A DNA stretch of 64,000 nucleotides. Origin: Rhodospirillales bacterium (GTDB taxonomy: Bacteria; Pseudomonadota; Alphaproteobacteria; Bin95). The notes under the pieces were generated by a model, which worked only from the letters and a program-made list of their open reading frames with translations, was not told the DNA's origin and searched no databases. Shown here piece after piece: positions 25,107 to 37,104 of this stretch. How positions within the stretch are numbered: the first letter of the stretch is position 1; each line of letters begins with the position of its first letter. The stretch is taken from contig JAYQLI010000012.1 in NCBI GenBank assembly GCA_038143065.1, positions 32,001 through 96,000 on the forward strand, read 5' to 3'. The position numbers and the translations under genes were made by a program.

Positions 25107-25153
25107 ATACTTTTTCAGTATAACTTATTGAAATTCCTTCGAGTTTAACCATC

Positions 25154-26298
25154 ATGAGGGAGACCGTCGTGTCACACATTCCGTACACATTGTGCCGTTC
25201 AGGCACCTTCTATTATAACCGCCGTGTGCCTAAGCACGCAGTGAAAGCCTATGGTCCATTCATAAGGCAAGCTTTGTCTAAATGCCCTGAAGAAGCTGAA
25301 GCTTATGCAAAACGTCTGGGTAATGTATTGAGGGATCTTGGTGAATAATACGACAGACATCATCCCAATAGATGTTATTGCTGTCGTTAGTAGCTTTAAG
25401 CCAAGGCCAAGCTTGCTCTCTGATTACGTGAGTGAATACCTATCCCTTCGATCAGTCCATCATAAGCCAATCAAGGTAGCTGTAGACCCGTTCATATCTC
25501 TGGCTGGTGATAGAGATAAGTCAGTACGCACGTGAAGATAAGCTGTTTGTCCGTCTCATCTGAAATGAAAGGTAATAAGACTGCCACAATCAGAAGACGT
25601 ATCAATAGTTTGTCGCTAGTTCTCAACTATGCCTATGCAGAGCTGGACTTGATAAGCGTAATCCCTTCATGAGGCTCTTTATCAAAGGAGAGGGTGAAGA
25701 TAGCCATAAGCGAGGAACCTTTACCAATGAGCAGCTTAAATGGGGTTACGACAAGGCCTTAGCTTCAGGCAGTCAGACTGCTATACCATGCCTCTTTTAG
25801 GAGAAACAGGCTGTCATTAGCAGAGATCGTGGGGCTGAAGCTTGAAGATATCGATCTTGAGAATGACCTGATCCATATACGAGCCAATTCAGCAAGAAGA
25901 GAAGACGAGGAGCAGCCAGAGAACTCTTGCTCCTTAGTTGATGGCGCCATGCTGGCAATGGATCAAGACTATAATTTAGCTGCGGACGATACCCACCTAT
26001 TCCCAAGATATTAGAGATGGAAAGCGCCACGCATGCGTCTAATGCTTTGAACAAGTGGCTGAAGAAAGACTTTGATGGACTTACGGCACATTGCCTTAGG
26101 CATACATTCAGAGACCGTCTGAGAGCTGTGGAGTGCCCAATGGATCTGATTGATCAAATTGGTGAATGGAAATCAGTAAGTTCAATTGGGAATAGTTATG
26201 GGCTGGGGTATCGGATGGAGCTAATAAAGATAATTTTAGGTGAAATAATAGTAGATTATTTTTCAACCGCTCGGCTGCTTCCTCTGACGTTAAGTTAG
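25154..26298 (+). CDS. Tyrosine integrase 1 (DUF6538-type N-terminus), frameshifted
   Basis: GTFYYNRRVPK, ETGC..AEIVGL, HCLRHTFRDRLRAVECP.DLIDQIG.W, YG.GY. Confidence 0.9.
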
Positions 26299-28228
26299 AC
26301 CGAAAGGATGTTACTCAGGCATTACCGGCTTCCTATCAGAGTTTCTTTAGTCTCTGGAGAAATTCTTATCCGGGTTATACTTATTTTTCCTATTGCTCGC
26401 CTCAAAGAGGTCCATTCTTCTTTATATCAGGCTGGTAATTTCCACCATACTTTAGGTACGAATCTCTTGCCTCAGATTTCTGCTCTCTTGCATTGCAATG
26501 AAGGTTTTATCCCAAGAGCAATTGCTGTGATCCACCAAAAATATTGTTCATTTTCTGACAGATCCGTGGCTAATTTGTTCGCTTTATCATAGTTTTCAAG
26601 ATAAATTAATGCCATCGAGTAATTCAGCTTACATTAGCAGGCGGGTGTGGAGCTACTGCCAGAGCTTTTTCATAATTTTCAGAGGGATTTTTCAAACAAT
26701 CCGACTGTAAATAGGGAATTTGCAGCGGCCAATATACTGATTATCCCACGTGGATTTAAATCAGCCGCTTTTATAGCGTACTCTTTGGCAACTAACTTAA
26801 TTTCTTCATCATTGTACCTGGAAATTCTTTGTGGCTGTTTAATCATCAATCCAGCTAATAAACTGTAGCCGTCAGAAAGTTCAGGACCATATTTTACTGC
26901 TCTTTTTGCAACAGAAACCATGTCTCCTGAAATGTTCCAGTCTCTGTCAGGCTCTACACCGCTTGAGCGGTAAAATACCAAGCATACATAGATAACACTA
27001 GTGGGTTATTAGGTTCAGTTTCAAAAATTTCATCAAAGAGCAAACCAGCTTCTTTGACGCCCTCTAGAGAGAAACAGTTGCCAAAGGAATTCGCCTTCAA
27101 ATATCGTTGCCAATTTTCAGGGCTTTTAAAATATTTTCTGGTTTCTTCAAAAGACTGGTCCATCGTAAGTTTGACTTGAATTTATTCAGTATTTTTGAAG
27201 AGATATATCTTGAACCTCAAAGATATCCGTCAATTCAAAGTCATATTTTTCTGACCAAATAATCTTCTGTTTAACGATGTCTGAAAGTTCAACTGTGGTT
27301 CGTATTTTATTACCAGATATCTGATTTGATCCTCTTTAAAACATAATTCACGAGATAGTTTTCTTTAATTTCCGCATCAGAATAACCTGTTTGATGAATT
27401 CGCTTGTGTTGCTTGATTGCACCAGCAAACGGGGATAACCAGACAGAGATGAAATAATAATATCCGTCATTCCTTTGCTCAATTGATCGTCAGCACTGTC
27501 ATCAGATCTATTTTCAAATGGCATGACTAAAACCATGGCTCGATCAGGACTCCTGATATTAATTGCTTGATATCTTTTTTTAGTCCGATTTTCTTTAGTG
27601 AAGTAAAACGAAGTACCGATTACGATTGCCATCGCAATTAAACTAAAAAGCGCTAAAAGCATGCGGGGGTTATTGGACCTGTTAGTCTTTATTTTCCGTT
27701 TTTGATTAGGATTTAAGATTATGTCATATGCGTGGAACTCATTTTGCTTAACCTTTTGAATACCTAAGTCGTTAAATTCATACTTAGGTCTTACCTTGTT
27801 ACGAAATCATAGATTGCCTTAGATACTGTTATTCCACCGCTCTGTGCTAACGCTTGAGCCTTGCTGCAATGTTTACCCCATCACCTAGGAGGTTTTCTTT
27901 TTCTTTTACCACATCGCCTGAGTTGATCCCTATGCGGAACTCTAGCTTTACTGTGGTATACTCAGAATCATTCCTCAATTTAATAGCATTTTGAAACTCT
28001 ACAGCGCATTCAACTGCTGAGACTGCACTTGGAAATTCCGCCAGGTGGAACTCCACCCGAATTAAATAAACGGCCCTTATGTTTTTCAAATAATGCAGTT
28101 AGGATTTTCTCGCAGGCTCGAAGATTTTTAATCGTGCCGCTCTCATCTGCTTCCATGTGTTTGCTATATCCAACAACATCGGTAACAAAGATGACTGCTA
28201 TCTTACGTTCAATTTCTTCTTCAAACAT
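26295..28228 (-). CDS. Class III adenylate/guanylate cyclase with TM, TolB-like and TPR-like regions, frameshifted
   Basis: RKIAVIFVTDVVGYSKHMEADE, FRIGINSGDV, GDGVNIAARL, VLVMPFENRS. Confidence 0.85.
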
Positions 28229-29034
28229 AGCTCGCCACACATGAAATTTTTTCATGTTTAGCATGCCGTGTTGTACAGAGTGTCTATAAGAACGTAGGGA
28301 AATTTATGCACACTGTCGCAATAAATGACAAATCACTTGCTCTACTTCCCATTTTTGACGCCTCTTATAGAAAGTACACCTTAGGGGTAAATCTATTATT
28401 GCTATATACCCGAAAGTATAGTACGGTTTAGGTATGCATTTGAGCACCTGATGAGAAACGTGTGCAAATGCCAGTAACCGCAAAAAAGCGATCTGCAATC
28501 CTGACATTGATGGAGTTAGCCCACATTAGATGTGGCGCTTGCTTTTACATTTGAAAAATCAAAAATTGAAAAATAAAAGCCAGAACTGATCATCATCTTG
28601 AAGGTTTATTACATATCTCAAGACATTCCAGTAACCGCCTCATTGAATGTCGAGATCACATTCAGTGGATCCTCCAGCAGCGAGATAAGAACGTTCCCCC
28701 GATGGAGAGGGTATTTACTATTTTCTGAACACGCACTTTATGTCCCGCATCTTTGAACGGTTGGCTTGGATGATGGAGTTGTTGGTAAAGCTTCCAGAAC
28801 GCTTTGAGAGCCGTTTTAAGACTGTTCAGCGTGAGCAATCAAATCTGATGACATAGTCATGGCTACAGACAGAAATCTATTCGAGGACAGTTTTTCTAAG
28901 CTGCATGATGGTCATAATGTTAGGATAGTTAGGCGGTCAGCATGAGGCCACTCATCGCCTGAAGTAGACTGTGCACCCCTTTGGTGATACGAAAAAAAGA
29001 CAGCAGAAGGCGGCTTTGGGTGAAGCTTGTTGAT

Positions 29035-29270
29035 CTTAAAGCTCCTTCTCCCTTTAAAATTGGAAGAGATGAGAAGCTTAAAGTTGCTTAAAGTTGCTTA
29101 AAGTATATCCTTTAAGAAGAATCTCTATCTTTTTTATCAAAGTTAGAATTGAAAGCTTAAGGCCTACTTTAAGAGATACTTTAAGTAGCTTTAAATCATT
29201 TATCATCTCAAAATATAGAAGATAATAAAAAGCTTAAAGGTGAGATGTAAGATCCAACTTTAAGTACTCC
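29035..29270. repeat. Array of CTTAAAG/CTTTAAG heptamers
   Basis: GCTTAAAGTT three times in tandem plus several CTTTAAG/CTTAAAG copies in both orientations. Confidence 0.75.
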
Positions 29271-29428
29271 GAGGCTCCCAGCCAAAGACACTCTTTGTTT
29301 CTTCTGTCGTACCCCCGATGTATTACATTTCCTATACTAGGAACGACAAGGATCAGGCGCCTGTAAGCCAACCTATATACATTACTCAGACGTTTTTGAT
29401 GAGCCTCTGCAAACCAGCAACACCATAT

Positions 29429-29510
29429 TGGTTAACACACCCCCAGCTCACCTCACTGTCAAAGTCCAAGTATATATAACGGGCACAGGGGGTGTGGCCC
29501 ATGCGTACCA
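29429..29510 (+). repeat. ~80-bp direct repeat, copy 1 (copy 2 at 30875-30956)
   Basis: TGGTTAACACACCC(C/A)CAGCTCACCTCAC(T/G)GTCAAAG(T/C)CCAAGTATATATAACGGGCA...GCCCATGCGT(A/C)CCA. Confidence 0.9.
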
Positions 29511-29749
29511 CGCTGGGGTTCGTTATCGTTGGGACATTAAGGATGTGAGCGAAGGTAAAGATAGGGGCGTTCTCTTCTAAGGGTGTCACCGATGTCAGGT
29601 GAAAACAAAATTTTTATAATGTTTTTCTTTCAGAAAACTTTTGGTTTTACCTGACACACACACCCGACAATTGCCGGTTTTAACGGTTTGCTTTCAGAGT
29701 ATAAAAACTGAAAATAAAAATTGAATTTTCGATAGAAGGATTAAAAATA

Positions 29750-30808
29750 ATGGCTCCATTAGAGACTACAACAATCGGTGCCTTCCTAAGCCCAAGTATG
29801 TTCCCATTCGAGATTGGTTTGATCTGTCTCGTGAAACTGGAGGAATGAATACTGCTTGAAACGACGAGGATGTATTCAAGAGACATAAAGAATCAAGACG
29901 CTCATGAAGATCTCTTTTAAAAGCTACCAAAGAGATTTTGGATATTCAGCTTAGATCTGGAATTTCAATTCTACAGATGAGGTTCGTCGTGAAAATTATA
30001 TTCACTACCATTGCCGTCATTTAGATGGTTTTGATTTTGAAAGTTTAGAACATCGGGTTCTTACGTGATGGCGCATATGAAACCGACCTGCCGGCAATCA
30101 GAAATAAAATTAGCCATTCGGGGAAAGAGCTACAGTGTGCACGATTATGTAGCCAGTCAGAATTTGAGCTCCAAACCAGTAAAATTTACCTTACCAGGAC
30201 CTTTGACGATAATGGATACAACAGCAGATTGTTTTTACAACGATCGTCCAAAGTTAAACGCAGCCTTGGCGGAAACAGTGAATAAGGAAATCCTTTCGCT
30301 GGTCGAAGCAGGATGTAAATTACATCAGATTAAGATGAGCCCTGTTTGCTCGCTCGGTAAAGGATGCACTGGGCTTTGGTATGGAGGGATTAGAGAGATG
30401 CTTTCATAATGAATCTGACTGAACACGAATTGTTCATATGTGTTGTGGTTACCCTGATCTTGATGATGATGATTATAAAAAAGCAGATCCAACAAGTTAC
30501 CATCAACTTAGTGAAGCAATTGATGAAGCAGCATTTGATCAGATTTCGATCGAGGACAAGCATTGCTGTAATGATTTGACACTTTTAGAAAGGTTTCAAA
30601 AAATAAGACTGTTATTTTTGTGCTGTCGCAATAGCATCCAGCCGCCTAGAAACGGTCGACGAAGTAAAGAACGGCTTCAAGCAGCAATGAACCATATCGA
30701 CCAAGAGATCGGCTAGTAGTTGCTCCCGATTGTGGGTTAGGCCTCCTTTCACCAAAACTAGCTGAGGATAAATTGCGTGTAATGTGTCAGGCGGCAGCAC
30801 TTATTTGA
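29750..30808 (+). CDS. Cobalamin-independent methionine synthase-like protein (single barrel, MetE C-terminal family), frameshifted
   Basis: TTTIGAF.KP, EVRRENY, KFTLPGPLTI, HMCCGYP, APDCGLG zinc ligands. Confidence 0.85.
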
Positions 30809-30874
30809 TGCCGACAAGAAGGCCAGATCATCTTCAAAGCCAGATGATCTTGACTTTAATCAATCTTTACAAAC

Positions 30875-30956
30875 TGGTTAACACACCCACAGCTCACCTC
30901 ACGGTCAAAGCCCAAGTATATATAACGGGCATAGGGGTATAAGCCCATGCGTCCCA
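30875..30956 (+). repeat. ~80-bp direct repeat, copy 2
   Basis: See 29429-29510. Confidence 0.9.
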
Positions 30957-31192
30957 TCTTTGTGGTACCACTTATTGTATCGAAACATGCTACCCACGCT
31001 TTGGAATGAGTTTTACGAAATAGCTACATCGAGTGATCTAAATCTATAGTCCACTCTTGGATCTTGTCACATTTATTTGGCTCATATTGGTACACATCAA
31101 GGGATAGGCCATATGTTGACAGACAACTTTATTGATGTGACTAATATTTCAAGCGGTTTAAAAGTTCTGAAAATTCAAAATACTGAATAGAT

Positions 31193-33140
31193 ATGAAAAT
31201 TACATTAAGGATAATCATTCTCTTAGGGGTTTTTGCTCATCTGACACCAGCTCTACTTCTGTCTTACACTGATTACTCCAGCGAAGACGGATCTGGAAAA
31301 CAATTTCAACTTCATGATTGATCAACCGCAGAGAATGTGACAGGCGCTTACGACTTGGTTGAAGTCGGATTTCGGATTTTGTCACTGAGTTTGGAAAATC
31401 AAATGCTTAGTGCCTTTGAGCCTTTTAAGGCTGCATATTTTGAGGTTAATGGTGAGGTTTCTAAAATTGATTTAGCTGAACTAAAAGAAGAGTTGGGCGA
31501 TGAAGTTGATTTTGTATATAATAGACGAACATGGTGTCATCATACACAACATTTGAAAAGGATTTAAATCTAGATTTCTCAAAAGTTGCACCAGGCTTCA
31601 ACAAAACTCCAAGAAATAAGAATGATAAAGTCAGTATCAGGTAGTAAGATCATGTCTCCAAATGAGACCATTACTGGTAATGTTCGCAAATGCCCTGCTG
31701 GGCACTCCTGACAAAAAGTATATTCTAGAAAATTGGTATAAAATCATCTCCCAATTTGAGCACCAGATTATTTAAAGATCTTGATTTATTGAAAATTTCT
31801 AGTGACTTTGAACAATTTAATCCAGATCTCAAGTCAGTTATCATTTTTAATGGAAATGGAAAAGTAGCGAATAAACCTGATTTTGCTGTTATGAGATCAA
31901 AGAAAGTAACATTGTAGATGTTTATGAAAGTGGCGAGCGGCTTGATATTGATAGGGTATTAAAGCTTCTGAAAAATGGATTTATGTTAAAGCTGATATTG
32001 ACGAAGCAGATGGTAGTGCTTCTCAAGGAGATAAAGCAATTGAGTCACTTTTGCACGTCTACACTAAAAAATCAGCTTAGCGAGCTAGCTTTAAACCAGG
32101 CCTTGATCACTGTCTTTCTTCTTCATCGTTATTTGGTGGAATAATGTCGCTGATTTTGGCCAATAGAATTTCAAGACCAATTACTGCCATTACAGAAGCT
32201 ATCGGAGTGATTTCTAAGGGTGAATTGAATATTGAAATCAAAAACAAAGAAAGTCTCGGAAGGAACTATGGATCTGTCTTAGGATCTCCCACCAAATGAA
32301 AGATAGCATCAAAGACAGAATTAACGATATTCAAATCATTAATTCTTCATATGAGCGATTTGTTCCTAAGGAATTTCCAAAGCACTCTCTTGGAAAAAAT
32401 CAATAATGGATATGCTCTTGGTGGCGATGGTAGCATCGACAAAGATGCTCCGTTTTATTTTCTGATATGGGACTTTACAGGCTATCTTCTGAAAACATGT
32501 CACCAAAAGAAAACTTGGTTTGAATAATTATTTGGACTCAATGACAATTCTGCCATCAACACAAAATAACGGCTTTATCGACAAATATATTTGACGCAGT
32601 GATGGCTCTTTCCCCTACTTCCGCAGAAGACTCTGTAAAAGCAGCATTGGAAATGAACAAAGAATTAAGAAATTTTAATTCGGTTAGGGACTGCAGGTGG
32701 TAGAGAAACATTTGATCAATATGGGGGTAGGTATTCATATTGGACAATTAGTTCTTGGTACTATTGGCAGAGAGACGAGGATGGAAACTACAGTCATAAG
32801 CGACTGTTAACGCTTCTGCTAGATTTAAAGTCTAAACAAAGCTGGAACAAATGTTTTGATTTCAGGGATGTGCGAAATGAACTTTCACTGAAACACAGAA
32901 AGCTGCAGGTTAGTGGACAGGACACAAGTTAAAGGTAAATCAGAATTTTTGATGTTTATGAAGTATTGTTCAGACGATACAGAATTTTAGAGGCACAATT
33001 TTCATCAATCAAAACGCTGAACAAGTAGTAACGAACTTTCGATGGATAAAAAGCGGCTGGTGCAGAATTTTCAAAAAATAAAAATCTGACTTATTTAGAT
33101 CGTCCTGTAATTTCATACTGACCGTTACGCAAAAGATAGA
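31193..33140 (+). CDS. Membrane HAMP-domain adenylate/guanylate cyclase, heavily frameshifted and AT-rich
   Basis: ISRPITAITEAI..ISKGEL (HAMP), SYERFVPKEF, NGFIDKYI.DAVMALFP, GVGIHIG.LVLGTIG, VKGKS. Confidence 0.75.
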
Positions 33141-33501
33141 TGACATCGCATTGACACATCTTATCATCTTAGTATCGCCTTCTGGAGCCGAAACTTCTAG
33201 GAATTAACTTGGAAGAAGGAGAAGACTTTAATTAAAATCAAATTTTGCAGCAAAAATTTTTTGCAGTAGGCCGTAGCGTTACATAAATGAAATACTCTGG
33301 TTTTTCTGTCGTCACCTCTTGACACATCTTCATCACACATTATCCACATTGGCACACATCAAGAGATAGGTCATGTGTTGTGGAGCTGTCCTCTTCGTGT
33401 AGATCTATACGCAGGAATTGACGTAAGTGTCTGATAATGAACACGAAGCGAATTAGAATACTGATATTGTTCTGTTTTCGTTAACGGATACAGGATCGTA
33501 G

Positions 33502-34680
33502 TTGATGTCTTTGTTGTTGAATGTGCCTTATACCTATCGCAAAGATGGTATTTATTACTTGCAGCGGTATGTCCCTGAGGATGTTCGCCAGCATTACAAA
33601 ACCAATCGGATTTCCTTTTCGCTTAGAACAAAATTAGCACGGGACGCCATGGCTCTAGCTCGCAGTGCCAGTGCAAAGCTTGAAGCCTATTGGCATTCTC
33701 TCAGGCTTGCTTACGGCGAAGTGCCCGCTCAGCACTTAGTTGCTTTGCGAGATCAGGGTCAGCGGGGAGCAGGCAAGGTGGAGCAGTCTTTGGGTTTAAG
33801 CTTGGCTGAGGCTGGTGAGATGTACCTACGGCTCAAAGGTTCAAACAAGCCAAAAGACATTCCACAGCGCTACAGAGCGGGCCTTGAGTTACGTCGTAAA
33901 AGTGATCAGGAATAAACACCTGCACGCAATCTCCCGCAAGGATGCAGCAGCCGTGCGGGATGATCTTGTTGCCAAAGGCCTTGCTCCATCTTCAGTCACC
34001 CGTGTGCTTACGACAATCAAAGCCGTGATCCAATTTGCCATTCAAGAAGAAGGGTCAGAGCTCTCAAATCCATTTAAGGGCTTGTTCGTGGATAAAGCAT
34101 AAGGCCAAAGAAACGAATGCCTGTTCCATTGAAAGATTTGCGCAGAGTTCAACAGCAATGCTGGCACGCAGATGACGATTTGCGCTGGATCGTAGCAGCC
34201 ATCAGCGACACGGGTTGTAGAATGGCTGAGATCGTGGGGCTGAGTAAAACTGACATCCAGATTAGATGGCGATATTCCCATTTCGATCAGGCCCCGGCCG
34301 TAGCGAAGGCTTAAAACGGTTTCAAGTGAGCGGGATATACCGCTGGTTGGATCAGCTCTTTGGGGAATTACTCGTGCCTACCAATCAACGAATTCAGAAA
34401 TGTTATTCCCACGCTACAACGATGGAGTTTCTACGAACTCCAATAGTGCAACTGCTTTATCAAAATGGCTCAAGCAGCAAACTAATCCCGATTGCACGAT
34501 GCACAGCTTCAGGCATTTATTCCGAGATCGTTTGAGAGCGGTGGAGTGTCCTATCAGACTTACGGATGCACTTGGTGGTTGGAGTACTGATGGAATTGGG
34601 GCAGCTTATGGTCAGGGCTATGGCCTGCAGCAAACAAAAATGGTTGTCTGCTATCGTGTTAAAAACCTGATCAACGAACG
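33502..34680 (+). CDS. Tyrosine integrase 2 (DUF6538-type), frameshifted
   Basis: RKDGIYYLQRYVPEDV..RISFSLRTK, DTGCRMAEIVGL, HSFRHLFRDRLRAVECP, LGGWS, YGQGY. Confidence 0.9.
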
Positions 34681-34767
34681 ACATCAACTACGATCCTGTA
34701 TCCCGTTAACGAAAACAGAACAATATCAGTCCTGTTAGATGAATATGGCGCCTGTTGGCGGAGCCAC

Positions 34768-34786
34768 AGTCCTCTCCTGGGCACCA
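34768..34786 (+). mobile_element. att core: duplicated tRNA 3' end (probably tRNA-Leu)
   Basis: AGTCCTCTCCTGGGCACCA is a T-arm 3' half, acceptor strand and CCA; no 5' tRNA half is present; lies between two integrases. Confidence 0.8.
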
Positions 34787-34958
34787 AAATTCTAGTATAA
34801 TTTATAATAAAATAAGCAAAAACAGTGGTATAGATTTGAAGTGGACCACTTTTGGGACCGCTTGGAGGACCAGTTTGTCGAAACTGTTCGCTAAATTGTC
34901 AGTGTTAAACCACCAGTTTTACTTGCAACTAGGCAGCTAAGTCTCAAAGCTAACAGCT

Positions 34959-36254
34959 ATGAGTGATGATATGCCGCTTAAACTCCCACGCTATGTATTC
35001 CGCCGTGCCAATGGCAGCTTTCGATATAAACGCAACGTTCCCTTGCATCCTAAGAGCCCTGATTGGAAAGCAACGCTCTATCGCCAGCTTGGGGATAGCT
35101 ACAAAGAAGCCATGCAAAACCTGCCGCTGATACATGCTCGAATCGAAGCTCTGCTAGAAGGTGAGAAAGAGAAGTCAGCACGAGATCGCAGTATTGAGAT
35201 TATTGGGGTGCGCTGGGCGATGAAGTGGCGGATATGGTACTGGCTAATGCCGTACCTGAGTATTCTGAAATTGAGGATGCGCTTAATGAGTTGGGTAAGG
35301 CTCTGCATAAGCAAAAGCTTCCTTCAGAGATTGTAGAACAGGTTTATTCAGGCAAGTTAAAGCAAGAGGTCATAACGCTTGAGTCGGTTCTAAAAGACTA
35401 CGTTGCCTATAAGTCAGATACACCCAAAAGCAGAAAAGGAAATCAAACAGCGGGTTGAAAGGCTGCGTAAAGACATGCAGCACATCTACGGTAAGCAAAA
35501 GCTTAAGTATGTCTCGCTTAGTGATATCAGCAGGCAAGATGCCAATGATCTAAGGGATCACCTACTAACCCGTGTGTCGGCCAATAGCGCTGTTAGAATG
35601 CTGGGGGTTGTGAGAACGGCTATTAACCACGCAATCGTGGAGCACAGTCTCAACATCCCGAATGTCTTTACCAACCTTCGCATTAAAGGTGCAGGTGCAA
35701 GTAACTAGATAGGCTACCGCTGGTGATACTCAGATCGTTCATTTAGAACAGCTTATTCGAATGACACAACAGCCTGGGCGCTGTTTGTTTGTCTGAGAGA
35801 TACGGGTTGCAGAGTATCAGAAATAGCAGGCCTGAGGGTCAAAGACTGTGACACTGACAAAGAATGTTTAATCATATCCCCCACCCCTTGGAGAACGCTA
35901 AAAACCAATAACTCGCAGCGCTCTGTGCCACTCTCGCCAGAGGCTATTAAAGCGCTCGAGGAAGTATCTCAGGGCAAAGATCCTGAGGCACCTCTCTTTC
36001 CCCGATATGCAAAGGAGCGTGGAGGGGATAACTGCTCAGCCATGCTGATGAAGCGCCTAAGAACCATAATCACAGACAAGAAGCTTACGATGCATTCACT
36101 ACGCCACCGTATGAAGGACAAGCTGAGGAATACAGGCTGCCCGGAGGCCATCTCCATGGCTATACTAGGGCATGGTTCTAACACGGTCGCTGCGAACTAT
36201 GGCTCAGGCTATGCCCTAGACGTCATGAGAGAGCATATGGAAAAGGTGTGGTAG
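34959..36254 (+). CDS. Tyrosine integrase 3, frameshifted
   Basis: FRRANGSFRYKRNVP, DTGCRVSEIAGL, HSLRHRMKDKLRNTGCP, LGHGSNTVAANYGSGY. Confidence 0.92.
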
Positions 36255-36309
36255 TTTCAGAAGCTGTAAGAAAGCCCTAAAATTGCTGCTGTATTTGAAC
36301 CTTTGGTTA

Positions 36310-37019
36310 TAATTGGGCTATTTTTTACCTTACTAGGTAAAAAATTTGTGGTGATGTTCGCAAAAGCACCAATATCAGGGGTGATATTGAAAAACGTATT
36401 CACAGAGAGGTAAGGTTATTGCCACCGAGCCAGGAGCATATGCCGCCCTGCCCACTACAGCCTCAGATGATTTCACGCCAAAAAAGTATTCTGAACGGTT
36501 GCTATCATAGTTTTTCGATCCCAGTGAGAATATTACCGGCTGTCCACCAACTGGAATGAACTGACTGAATGCGAGATCAACGAGTGTACCATTAAATTCA
36601 TTGGTGACTTCGCTTGCCATTTTCAGTTTGAGCGTGGAACCCCGAATGATATCTACCGAACCCATGATCACTCCATCAAATGTCATTTTGCGATCCATTC
36701 CTGAAAGTGTGGTTGAGTCTGAGCTATCATAGGGACGGAAATTGGGAGCGATAGCTGCACTCATATTAAAGGCCTCATTGTCTATGAATTGATAAGACAC
36801 ACCTTCTCGCAACCCCACTTTCACTTTATCATTCTCATATGCGATCGAGGGCATAAACCGTGAGGTTGAGCCAACTCCAGTGTAAATGGAGTTACTATTT
36901 ATGTAGGCAGCACCGACAGAAAAGTTCGAGGAAGTCTCTGCTAACAAACCACTGCCAAAACAGATCGACACCACACCAATCAAACGTAATAACACTTTAT
37001 CCACACTTTCGTCTCTCAT
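36310..37019 (-). CDS. MipA/OmpV family outer-membrane protein, frameshifted near the 3' end
   Basis: Signal peptide, SIYTGVGS..MP.IAYEND, LSGMDRK.TFDG, EYFFGV..SEA..GRAAYAPG. Confidence 0.8.
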
Positions 37020-37104
37020 ATGAGTGACGCATAAGTAAGCCGCTAATTAAAAATCCAAGGCCGAGATTTAATTGAGACTATGCAGATGCATAATCACCAT
37101 AGTA

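Noticed and set aside
29035-29270. CRISPR array
   Set aside because: The repeats are 7-10 bp, lack regular unique spacers, and no cas genes are seen in the window.
34740-34790. Intact tRNA gene
   Set aside because: Only the 3' 19 nt are present, with no D-arm or anticodon arm upstream. The same applies to 25092 and 49604.
33502-36254. RIT or GInt multi-integrase operon
   Set aside because: The two adjacent integrases are separated by an att core and arm-like sites, so they more likely belong to separate elements.
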